DNA of 64,000 bases from Patescibacteria group bacterium (GTDB lineage Bacteria; Patescibacteriota; Minisyncoccia; Minisyncoccales; UBA10102). How positions within the stretch are numbered: the stretch's first letter is position 1; every line of letters starts with the position of its first letter. Made by a program: the position numbers and the translations under genes. Positions 1 to 8,383 of the stretch are shown here, piece by piece. The notes beneath the pieces were generated by a model. The model did no database searches, had not been told where the DNA came from, and was given only the letters and a program-made list of their open reading frames with translations. Location: the NCBI GenBank assembly GCA_024239055.1, contig JANBVJ010000001.1, positions 432,572-496,571 on the forward strand, given 5' to 3'.

Positions 1-579
1 GTCGCCGTTACCTGTGCCTCTGGAGAAAAATCTAACAATGCTCTTATTCTTAAAAGTCCTGATGTAAAAGAAAATAAGAAGAGATGCTACAGTTATTACT
101 ATTCCCAGAGCAATATATGTAAGTTCTTTTGATGGAAGGCCAACAGATATGAAGAAGAATAAAAATCCAAATACAATAATAACAAATAATACTGTCATCT
201 CAAGCAACCTCTCAATAAGAACGGAGGCCGCTCCTTTTTGAAATGGAATATTAAAACGATCTCGAATTACATATGCCCGAAAGAGCTCCCCTCCCAAGAT
301 AAGCATTGGCATTAAAAAAGAGATTGCAAAACCAGCCAAATAAGTGGGCCAGAGTACAAGTACGGGCAGAGAGTATCCCATTCCGTCCAAGATGCGCTTA
401 AAACGTATACTGCTGACAAACCATATGGCAGTGGAGAGTAGAAAAATCAGAACCCACTTTGGCCCTGAAAGAAGAATGATGGTATCCCAAATTCCCTGCC
501 ATCCGACATTACCAATAACCACTCCGAATAGAATGACTCCTATAATTAAAGAAAAGACAGATAAAAGAAATCGTTTCAT
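1..579 (-). CDS. Flippase-like / lysyl-phosphatidylglycerol-synthase-TM-like (UPF0104-type) membrane protein; N-terminal part only, since the gene runs off the window start
   Basis: My own minus-strand translation from the ATG at 579 gives MKRFLLSVFSLIIGVILFGVVIGNVGWQGIWDTI...LGGELFRAYVIRDRF...ERLLEM. It is multi-TM with the family-like GGE..R.Y pattern and shares an ATGA start/stop overlap with the upstream HD gene. It is absent from the ORF track because no stop lies inside the window. Confidence 0.55.
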   Translation of the reverse strand, partial: MKRFLLSVFSLIIGVILFGVVIGNVGWQGIWDTIILLSGPKWVLIFLLSTAIWFVSSIRFKRILDGMGYSLPVLVLWPTYLAGFAISFLMPMLILGGELFRAYVIRDRFNIPFQKGAASVLIERLLEMTVLFVIIVFGFLFFFISVGLPSKELTYIALGIVITVASLLIFFYIRTFKNKSIVRFFSRGTGNGD

Positions 580-1271
580 GCCTTACGTACGCTTTTGGAA
601 GATAAAGGTTTTACAGGACGTTTCTTTTTCTGCGTGCGTCTGTTCTGGAATCTCTCGTCAACCTCCCGCAAAAACTCAATGAACACCGAGTCATGGAAAA
701 TCTCTTTTGCCCACCTTGCCCAGAACTTATATCGAATCTTTCCGTATTTTTTCCAGTACTCCATTCCCTGCAGATAGCTCTCCATCTTATCTGCCTGCCG
801 TACAAATCTACCCTCCTTACTCTTTCCCTGCTCAAATTCCAGCCAGAGCATCTGGAATTCTCTCTGTGATTCTTTAGGCAAAATAGCAAGAAGCTTCTGA
901 AGGCTTTTGTACTCACGAGCAAACTTCTTCTTTCCTTTCCACTTCTTATCTTCCATGGAAAAGGTTGGCCACTTATCCAGTACCTTTTCAATTTCATCAC
1001 GCTTTTTCACGTCTCTGGGAATAAGGGGGTCGTAGGGCGTTTCATCCCATGTGTATACCTCGCAGATATCATGAATGAGCGCCATTTTGAGCACCTTTTC
1101 AATATTCAATTTTCCCTTCTTCTTGGCGAGCAGCCAAACCAAAAGTGCAAGGCGGAAAGAATGGGATGCGGTCGTCTCTTTCTCTGGGATATTATGAATC
1201 AACCATCCCCTGCGCTCTCTTCCCTTCAGCTTTCCTACTTCTATAAGAAAATCAAGTATTTTTTTCATCAA
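576..1271 (-). CDS. HD-domain phosphohydrolase (YfbR-like 5'-deoxynucleotidase family)
   Basis: Motifs present: RERRGW...E.TASHSFRLALL...ALIHDICEVYTWDETPYDP. This is the typical HD_3-type metal-binding signature. Confidence 0.8.
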   Translation of the reverse strand: MMKKILDFLIEVGKLKGRERRGWLIHNIPEKETTASHSFRLALLVWLLAKKKGKLNIEKVLKMALIHDICEVYTWDETPYDPLIPRDVKKRDEIEKVLDKWPTFSMEDKKWKGKKKFAREYKSLQKLLAILPKESQREFQMLWLEFEQGKSKEGRFVRQADKMESYLQGMEYWKKYGKIRYKFWARWAKEIFHDSVFIEFLREVDERFQNRRTQKKKRPVKPLSSKSVRKA

Positions 1272-1346
1272 AAAACGGTGTTTTACTAGTATCCATCATT
1301 ATAGCGAAACACCGCCCTAAGAACAACTCAGATTCTATACCTACGT

Positions 1347-1811
1347 CTACAACTCATACCGAATCTCCATGATTGTGTACACTACCTTCACGGGAGAGGA
1401 AACCTTCACCGCATCTCCCACCTTCGCTCCCATAAACGCCCTGCCCACCAAAGACTCGTTGCTGATTCTACCCTCGGTCGGATTTGTCTCAAGAGAACCT
1501 ACAATGGTAAACGTATCCTCCTGTTCATCAACACTAAAGATAACGGTTGCTCCAATATTTACCTCGTCCCGTCTTGTCTTGGGAGGCTTTCGAATGAGCT
1601 CTACGCTCCGAAGAATCTTCTCGTACTCTGAGACTCGTGCCTCAAGCAGGCTCATGTCTTCTTGAAAGGCAAGGTACTCTGGGTTCACGTCTTCTGAATG
1701 CCAGATTGCTGGAGTCTCTCCTCTGGTTTTTGCCTCCCGAAAAGAGATAAGCTGTTTATGCTCTTTTTCTATACGTCCTAATCCTTTTTTTGTGAGATAG
1801 TATTTTTCCAT
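1347..1811 (-). CDS. greA: Transcription elongation factor GreA
   Basis: 154 aa with an N-terminal coiled-coil (LTKKGLGRIEKEHKQL). The C-terminal domain motif I...SLVGRAFMGAKVGD.V.V matches GreA/GreB (SPLGKALLGKKVGD). Confidence 0.85.
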   Translation of the reverse strand: MEKYYLTKKGLGRIEKEHKQLISFREAKTRGETPAIWHSEDVNPEYLAFQEDMSLLEARVSEYEKILRSVELIRKPPKTRRDEVNIGATVIFSVDEQEDTFTIVGSLETNPTEGRISNESLVGRAFMGAKVGDAVKVSSPVKVVYTIMEIRYEL

Positions 1812-2063
1812 TGTGGTTTTATAAAAACTGGCCTTTGGAGAAGCCAGGTTATTGATTGAAAGTGTCCATAAAATTGGAGTGTCAAGAAACCTGGTTATCG
1901 TCTCGCAAAATAATATTACAAATTACAAAATATATATAAATAATTAGAAACTATGATTGGGAAATTTTCATAAGGTCTATAGCTGTATTCTAGGTAGTTT
2001 AGTTTATCACCATCAAAGAACCTCGTCAAGGGCTAATAGTTTATTTTCTGAACAGAATCTTCT

Positions 2064-2400
2064 AAAAGAGTTTAAAATATTAACCAACCTTGCGGATACT
2101 GTTAAATGCCTAGCTTTTCTACTAGGTTGTATTATAGTTCATGGCAAGAATCCTTGTCAAGCCCTACCTTATTATTAATTGAAAAAGTGGGGAACCACTT
2201 GGGGATAAGGGGAAGTTCTCCAACGTTCACCTCTATCTGTTTTACCCCTTTCTTCTCCTGGATCTCTTTAAGGACTTTCTCCCGTCTTCAAAAAGCTCTA
2301 TTATCTCGTCTTGGAGCACACCGAATGGAAAATCAAATTTTAACTTGTTTCTCTTTGGCATGGTTCTTTGATATCTCACAGTAAGTCTTCCCGCATTACC
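2064..2400 (-). pseudogene. Collapsed remnant copy of the HisG-like/Lrp fusion gene at 5699-6862, including its 3' flank and a trace of the argH 3' end
   Basis: 2064-2091 matches 5658-5685 (aaaagaRtttaaaatattRaccaacctt). 2178-2262 matches the 3' end 5699-5785. 2270-2298 matches 6081-6110. 2299-2361 matches the 5' end 6781-6843. The minus-strand ATG at 2361 gives MPKRNKLKFDFPFGVLQDEIIELFEDGRKS followed by a frameshift and stop. Confidence 0.6.
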
Positions 2401-2547
2401 GTGAAGCCTTTAACGTTATTATTGAATTAATATTCGCTCCAAAGTTTCATGTCAAAACTAATTATCGGATACGTTTCACCCTAATACGCAGAGAAGACAA
2501 TGTCAACTTGTAAATAGATCTTGACAGATGTAGTATAAGTATATGAT

Positions 2548-3726
2548 ATGCAAAAAGTAATATTGGCATTTTCCGGAGGATTAGATACATCATTCTGTGT
2601 TCCGTATCTGATAGAACAAGGTTACAACGTAATTACAGTTACCGTAGATACGGGCGGTTTTAGCAATAAAGAGCTACGGGAAATTGCAATAAAATCAAAA
2701 AAACTTGGTGCAAGCAAGCATTATCAAATCGATGGGAAAAAATCAATATTTGAAAAAATCATCTCTTTTATCATCAAAACGAACAGTCTCTACGAAAATT
2801 CATATCCCAATATGTGTTCCGACAGATACACTATTACAGAGGAAGCAGTAAAAATTGCTAAGAAAGAAAACGCTAATGTTATAGCTCATGGATCAAGCGC
2901 AATGGGAAACGATCAGGTGCGCTTTGATGTAGCATTAATGAGTATTGCTCCGGAAATGAAAATAGTTACTCCTATCAGGGAGATAGGTGGCAGTAGAAAA
3001 AAAGAACAAGAATATTTAGAAAAAAAAGGATTCCCTGTTACATCACTAAATAAAAAATATTCTGTAAATCAAAATATTCTAGGAATTACTTATTCGGGAT
3101 CAGAAATAGATCAAGTGCAAGAACCCGATGAGTCAATGTTTTTGTGGACAAAATTGACTAAAAAGAATAGTTCATATCTTAAGTTAGAGTTTAAGAAAGG
3201 GGTTCCTGTTGCTTTAAATAATAAGAACATGTTCGGGGCAGAAATTCTTATTAAGCTCAATAAGATTGCCGGCGCCTATGGATTTGGTCGGGGGTATTAT
3301 ACGGGAAATTGCGTTATTGGGATCAAAGGACATATCGCTTTTGAAGCTCCAGGTATCCTTACGTTAATCCAAGCTCATATAGCGCTTGAACAGCTTGTTC
3401 TCACTAAGACACAGTACACTATTGGAAAATTTATTAGCGAACAATTTACGGACTTACTTTATACAGGAAAATTCTATGATCCATCTATGAAAGATATAAA
3501 GAGCTTTATTGATTCCCAACAGCAATATGTTAGTGGGAGCGTGATATTAAAACTTAGCCCTCATCAAGTTCAAGCGGTTGCAGTTACATCTCCATTCTCT
3601 CTTATTAATCCCAAAATTGCTACTTATGCACAAAGTTCTTCTTGGACCGCAAACGATGCGAAAGGATTTATCAAGCTATACGGTTTGCAAAGTAAAATTT
3701 CAGCGGAGTTGAAAAGAAAGGATTGA
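2548..3726 (+). CDS. argG: Argininosuccinate synthase (divergent ArgG)
   Basis: N-terminal ATP-pyrophosphatase motif AFSGGLDTS, then HGSSAMGNDQVRFD (canonical ATGKGNDQVRFE). The 392 aa length fits ArgG. Confidence 0.8.
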   Translation: MQKVILAFSGGLDTSFCVPYLIEQGYNVITVTVDTGGFSNKELREIAIKSKKLGASKHYQIDGKKSIFEKIISFIIKTNSLYENSYPNMCSDRYTITEEAVKIAKKENANVIAHGSSAMGNDQVRFDVALMSIAPEMKIVTPIREIGGSRKKEQEYLEKKGFPVTSLNKKYSVNQNILGITYSGSEIDQVQEPDESMFLWTKLTKKNSSYLKLEFKKGVPVALNNKNMFGAEILIKLNKIAGAYGFGRGYYTGNCVIGIKGHIAFEAPGILTLIQAHIALEQLVLTKTQYTIGKFISEQFTDLLYTGKFYDPSMKDIKSFIDSQQQYVSGSVILKLSPHQVQAVAVTSPFSLINPKIATYAQSSSWTANDAKGFIKLYGLQSKISAELKRKD

Positions 3727-3821
3727 ATTCAGGAATTGTAATCTTGACAAAAAAGCAAAGATGATGCAGACTTAAATCAGTTCTAATCTAAATCTCCTAC
3801 ACTGGATGAGGGAAAAAAATC

Positions 3822-4334
3822 ATGCAGAACCTCACCAGTTCTGGGACAGAAGTGCTCACAGAAGAACAACTGAAGCAGTTGCCTAAAGAAGAGAAGCTGG
3901 AGCTTGGGCGACAAGTAAGCGAATTAATAGCCACACACAGAGAAACTATGCTGCAGTATACTGTGCGGCAAGTGGAAGAAATAATAAATGATGGTCGCGC
4001 TATTGTGGTGGTGGATTCTTCTCAAACGTTGTGTGCATTTGCACAATTATCGCCCTGGTGTGATCAGAATGGGAAAGCAAAGGCAATAGAATTTAGAAGT
4101 TGGATATCAAATAGAAATGGTGCGGGATTACTGACTCTACAGGGCGCTATTGCTTTAAATCAAAAAAAATATCCAAGCATTCCCATGTACGCAGTAATAG
4201 AGGAAAAAAATATACGCGCACAGCAAATTGTTATCAGAGTAGGCGCAAAGGAAGTGCCAATGCCCGATTGTATGAAAGTAGTACTAAAGGCCGGCGATCA
4301 ACCGGCTCCCATAAGAACATATCATATAATTTAA
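3822..4334 (+). CDS. Hypothetical protein, possibly a GNAT-type acetyltransferase
   Basis: 170 aa. The segment NRNGAGLLTLQGA loosely resembles the GNAT acetyl-CoA motif (Q/R-x-x-G-x-G/A). It lies between arg-related genes. The assignment is weak. Confidence 0.35.
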   Translation: MQNLTSSGTEVLTEEQLKQLPKEEKLELGRQVSELIATHRETMLQYTVRQVEEIINDGRAIVVVDSSQTLCAFAQLSPWCDQNGKAKAIEFRSWISNRNGAGLLTLQGAIALNQKKYPSIPMYAVIEEKNIRAQQIVIRVGAKEVPMPDCMKVVLKAGDQPAPIRTYHII

Positions 4335-4419
4335 CTGAAATATATGATATGGGGAAAAATCTCCCAGGTCTCAATGCAACCAGCGATGAGACCTCTTTTT
4401 TTATGCTTGAAATTACAGC

Positions 4420-5523
4420 TTAAAGATGTATTGAACGCAAGAACGCCTCAAGGATATCTGCATATTGTCTAAAACTTTCAATCTCCGCATACTCGTGTTC
4501 GGCGTGCAAGCCAGCACCGCAAATTCCAAAGTCCACGCCTCCTGCATCCGCATTGGTCCAGTGTTGTACGTCACTACCATGAGGCAGTGCGAAGAAAAGA
4601 GCAGGCTTTTTCGTTACCAATTTTACCGTTTTTGATAGAAGTATAACATCAGGATGACGAGAGCTTGTGAAATGCGCTTCTCCAAAAGAAAATCTTTTTA
4701 CCAAAACTCGTTTATCAATTTTGGCAATATTATTTTGTATCATATTGGGATCGTCTTGTGGAATCCAACGGATTGACAATCTGCCCATCGCATCGGCAGG
4801 TACAATATTATTAGCGCGGTTAGTAGTTGTTATGATTGTTGGAGAACAGGTTGTTCTCCAAATACCATCTGGACCAGGATACATCTGTGCTGCCAATAAC
4901 TGTACACGTAAAACTTGAAAGAGGGCATTCTTGTCCTCACCATCATAAGCGGTATGCCCTCCTTGCGTATTTGCAGATAGCTCAAGAGTTAATAATCCCT
5001 TGTGCCGGTTGCCAATTTTTAAATTTGTTGGTTCTCCCGAAATAACAAAATCTGCTTTTACTCCTCTCTCAACCTGATATTTTGCGCCATTAAGCCCTCC
5101 AATCTCCTCGTCCGTAGTTAAAGAAAGACCGATTGGATATGGAAGTTCTTTTGCTAAATCTTTAAAAACAGAAATAAGAATAGCTGCACCAGATTTCATA
5201 TCTAGGGCGCCTCTGCCATATAATCTAGAACCTTTTAAAAACGGAATAAACTGCTTTTTATCTTGAGCCAGCACAACATCTAGATGCCCATGTAATAATA
5301 TTCGAAATTTATCTGGCCGATTTTGTTTATTAAAAAATAATATGCTTGGAATTAATTCTCCCTTTTGGTCTTTTCTTGAAAATTCCTGATAAGAATAATT
5401 AGGTAGTTCTTTTTTTGCTAGGTTTAGGACTCTGTGTAATGCATCTGGTTTCTCTTTAGTTGACGAGATTCGAATAAGCCTTCGCGTTAAATCTAATATT
5501 TTTTTATTTCGCTGATTTTGCAT
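4420..5523 (-). CDS. M20-family metallopeptidase (ArgE/DapE-type deacylase)
   Basis: Motifs LLHGHLDVV, GRGALDMKSGAA, TTDEEIGG and SGEPT are the classic M20 metal and catalytic residues. Confidence 0.8.
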   Translation of the reverse strand: MQNQRNKKILDLTRRLIRISSTKEKPDALHRVLNLAKKELPNYSYQEFSRKDQKGELIPSILFFNKQNRPDKFRILLHGHLDVVLAQDKKQFIPFLKGSRLYGRGALDMKSGAAILISVFKDLAKELPYPIGLSLTTDEEIGGLNGAKYQVERGVKADFVISGEPTNLKIGNRHKGLLTLELSANTQGGHTAYDGEDKNALFQVLRVQLLAAQMYPGPDGIWRTTCSPTIITTTNRANNIVPADAMGRLSIRWIPQDDPNMIQNNIAKIDKRVLVKRFSFGEAHFTSSRHPDVILLSKTVKLVTKKPALFFALPHGSDVQHWTNADAGGVDFGICGAGLHAEHEYAEIESFRQYADILEAFLRSIHL

Positions 5524-5698
5524 AAGATTAATGAAAGTATCAGCTTCCAGTTTCCAACTACAAAGACCTAAACCATCTTGTTGTTATCCCAACATAACAG
5601 AGAATCCCTGGAGATTTTGCAGTCTACACTCAAAGCTATAAAAAATAGTACATATCCAAAAGAATTTAAAATATTGACCAACCTTCCCTATCTTATTA

Positions 5699-6862
5699 TT
5701 AAAAAGGCGGGGGGATCCGTTTGGGGATAAGGGGAAGTTCTCCAACGCTCACCTCTATCTGTTTTACTCCATTTTTCTCCCGAATCTCTTTCGTTATAAA
5801 ACTCTCAAGATTACCCAAGTCTGAAGCAAGCACTCCCACAATAAGGTTGTATCTCCCTGAAGTTTTCACAAGCATATACACAAAGTGAAAGCGTTGGAGC
5901 TGCTCTACAAGCTCTGCTAAAGCCTTACTGTCTGCCTCCACCGCGATTGTAGCACTCATGGCATACATCTTCTCAATATTCATGAGACCCTGAATCCGTA
6001 CAATATCTTTTTGCAACAGCTTCTCTATTCTTTTTTTGACTCCAACCGAACTTAATTTTGCATCTCTGGCGATTTCGACAAAGGACTTTCTCCCGTCTTC
6101 AAAAAGCTCCCGGAGGATCCCGAGGTCAACGTCATCAAGATTAGTCGTACTCCATGGAGTATAGGGTTTCACTATCTGCTCCTGCTGAGAACGGGCTCCC
6201 CTCAGGCGGGTTGCGAGTTCTTGAATCTTCTTTTTCTTTGTGGCATCCTGCAGTGCCTTTGAGCTCGCAATCAGAATCACTGAGCTCTCAAACAAGATTT
6301 TGAGAACTTTCAGGTTGTAGGCTGCCAGCACATCCCCTCTTCTGGAAAACTCCACAATGGCATCTGCAATCACCCCCACCTTGGATTCGTTCACCAAGGT
6401 ATCAGAATACAGAATTTCAGCCTGGATCTTACTTTTCCGCAAAAACTCTTTGGTGATTTCGGGAATCCTGGTAATGATTTTCTTACCCCGAAGGCCTCTC
6501 GCGCTTGCAATCTTGGAATCCTTAGGAACCGCCAGCACCACCCTGGTCTTCCCCCAAGGGGACTTTTCATACTCAAGATTGCATACTTCTTTCACCTTCT
6601 CTGTTTTTGCCTCCATAACCGATGCTTCCGTGGAAATGCCCACATCCAAAATTCCCTTCTCAATCATGGAGGATATGGCAATTGGACGGACAAAAAGGCA
6701 TGTGATGTCAGGATCGCTGATTTCAATCTTCTGGAGCGCCTGATCAGTTTTTACCTTGTATCCTGCAGTTTCGAAAAGTTCTATTACCTCATCTTGAAGT
6801 GCACCAAGTGGAAATCCGAGTTTTAAGCTACTTTTTCTTGGCATATTTCTTTGAAATTTCAT
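5699..6862 (-). CDS. Fusion protein: HisG-like (ATP phosphoribosyltransferase fold) N-terminal domain joined to a complete Lrp/AsnC regulator (HTH plus RAM domain)
   Basis: Residues 1-215 follow the HisG pattern (LKLGFPLG.L......L...G; FVRP.AISSMIEKGILDVGIS; VVLAVPKDS; VGVIADAIVEFSRRGDVL.A..L; ILIASSKAL). Residues about 240-387 give LDDVDLGILRELFEDGRKSFVEIARDAKLSSVGVKKRIEKL plus an AsnC-type ligand domain. Confidence 0.75.
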   Translation of the reverse strand: MKFQRNMPRKSSLKLGFPLGALQDEVIELFETAGYKVKTDQALQKIEISDPDITCLFVRPIAISSMIEKGILDVGISTEASVMEAKTEKVKEVCNLEYEKSPWGKTRVVLAVPKDSKIASARGLRGKKIITRIPEITKEFLRKSKIQAEILYSDTLVNESKVGVIADAIVEFSRRGDVLAAYNLKVLKILFESSVILIASSKALQDATKKKKIQELATRLRGARSQQEQIVKPYTPWSTTNLDDVDLGILRELFEDGRKSFVEIARDAKLSSVGVKKRIEKLLQKDIVRIQGLMNIEKMYAMSATIAVEADSKALAELVEQLQRFHFVYMLVKTSGRYNLIVGVLASDLGNLESFITKEIREKNGVKQIEVSVGELPLIPKRIPPPF

Positions 6863-8012
6863 GATAAGCCTGACGGAAAGGTACTCCTTTTTTTACAAGG
6901 AGATACACCTCATTGGTTGCGTAAAGCTCAGGAATTAATCCTTGTTCACATTTCTCTTTGTTCGCCTTAAGGTTTTTTACCACAAGAGACATAATTGACA
7001 GACATTCTTTGGTTACTATAAAGCCTTTCATTACAGGGTCCTTAGTGAGTTGAGAGTCTCTGTGGTAGCCCGAAATAAGGTTGCTGGTTAGGCTTTTTAT
7101 TTGAAACTCATATGAAAGCACAAGATGATACTTTGCTCGCACAAGTTCTAAAACGTCGGGGTTTCGCTTCTGTGGCATAAGAGAGCTTCCGGTACAGAAT
7201 TCCTCTGGTATCTCAAAATATCCAAACTCGGGCATGGTAAAGAAGATGAGGTCTGAAGAAAGTTTGTTCAGATCAAACATAATCTGGGATAAAGCATGGA
7301 GAAGTGTTGATTCAAATTTCCCCCTGCTGTTTTGAACATAGATAGGATTCTCTTGTACCTTTTTGAAATTCAAGAGTTTTGCTATGTACTCTCTGTCGAT
7401 ATTTAGAGGCACGCCGTATCCTGCTCCTGTTCCTGAGGGAGACTGATTTATAAGCTCAAATGCTAAATCCAGCACCTTAAGATTATCGGCCATGGATTCT
7501 ACAAATGAATCTCCCCATAGAGCAACAGAAGAAGGCATTGCTTTCCTCGTATGGGTATAACCAGGAAACTGAACTTGCCCGTACTCTATCACAAACTTCT
7601 TGATTTCTTCCATAAACTCCTGAGTCAAGCTTCTGCAATCCTTGATCTCCTCTTTGTAATAAAGCCTGAGGGCGGTTAATACCTGATCATTTCTTGAGCG
7701 ACCTGTATGAATTTTCTTCCCCAGGTCTCCAAGGTGTCTTGTGAGATGGTTTTCAATTGCTGTGTGGCAATCCTCCTCTTCTTTCTCAATTTTGAACTCT
7801 CCCTTTTTATTGAGTTCGAGAATGTTCTGAAATTCTTTGACAATTTTCTCAACTTCTCCTTCTGTGAGCACGTTAATCTTCCCAAGCATTTTTGCATGAG
7901 CCATAGAACTTATGCAGTCATAGGAAACAAGCGTCTGGTCTAAAACATGGTCATCTCCTACGGTAAAGTTCTCGACGTCTTCATTGAGATTGTATTCGTT
8001 CCAGAGCTTCAT
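6828..8012 (-). CDS. argH: Argininosuccinate lyase (short form)
   Basis: Contains GRSRNDQV and the lyase signature GSSLMPQKRNPD. At 394 aa it is shorter than typical ArgH at the C-terminus. It overlaps the downstream fusion gene by 35 nt. Confidence 0.9.
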   Translation of the reverse strand: MKLWNEYNLNEDVENFTVGDDHVLDQTLVSYDCISSMAHAKMLGKINVLTEGEVEKIVKEFQNILELNKKGEFKIEKEEEDCHTAIENHLTRHLGDLGKKIHTGRSRNDQVLTALRLYYKEEIKDCRSLTQEFMEEIKKFVIEYGQVQFPGYTHTRKAMPSSVALWGDSFVESMADNLKVLDLAFELINQSPSGTGAGYGVPLNIDREYIAKLLNFKKVQENPIYVQNSRGKFESTLLHALSQIMFDLNKLSSDLIFFTMPEFGYFEIPEEFCTGSSLMPQKRNPDVLELVRAKYHLVLSYEFQIKSLTSNLISGYHRDSQLTKDPVMKGFIVTKECLSIMSLVVKNLKANKEKCEQGLIPELYATNEVYLLVKKGVPFRQAYHEISKKYAKKK

Positions 8013-8013
8013 A

Positions 8014-8307
8014 TTACTGCTTCATTCTCTGCTGGCGGAGTGCGTTATTAATAAGCCTAATAGCATTCACCTTGATAAATCCGATAGCATCTTTGGGGTT
8101 ATATCCTCCTGCAACATCCATGCTGGATTGAGTCTGATCGTACAACGAGGAAGAGAGTCTTCTTTCTCGTACTGCATCAAAGTCATCTTCCTGCCCAAGA
8201 TCCGCAGTAAAGGCCACAACCTCATATCCTTTGGCAATCAACCAGTATAAAATAACAGAGGTATCCAATCCTCCGCTGTAGGCTAAAATAAGTTTTCCTT
8301 TTGCCAT
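8014..8307 (-). pseudogene. argG: Argininosuccinate synthase with a large in-frame internal deletion (N-terminus joined to the extreme C-terminus)
   Basis: [39 protein letters not shown] matches the ArgG N-terminus. SLYDQ...[19 protein letters not shown] matches the ArgG C-terminal tail. The roughly 300 aa in between are absent. There is 1 nt between its stop and the argH start. Confidence 0.75.
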
Positions 8308-8383
8308 AGAAGTTTATTTTTTAACTAATTAATAATATCGTGCTTGTTATCCTATTATATGATACCACAAATGTCAATTTACT

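Noticed and set aside
344-682. 112-aa plus-strand ORF at the window start
   Set aside because: It overlaps the minus-strand flippase-like membrane gene and the HD-gene 3' end. The minus-strand frame yields a coherent multi-TM protein with ATGA coupling.
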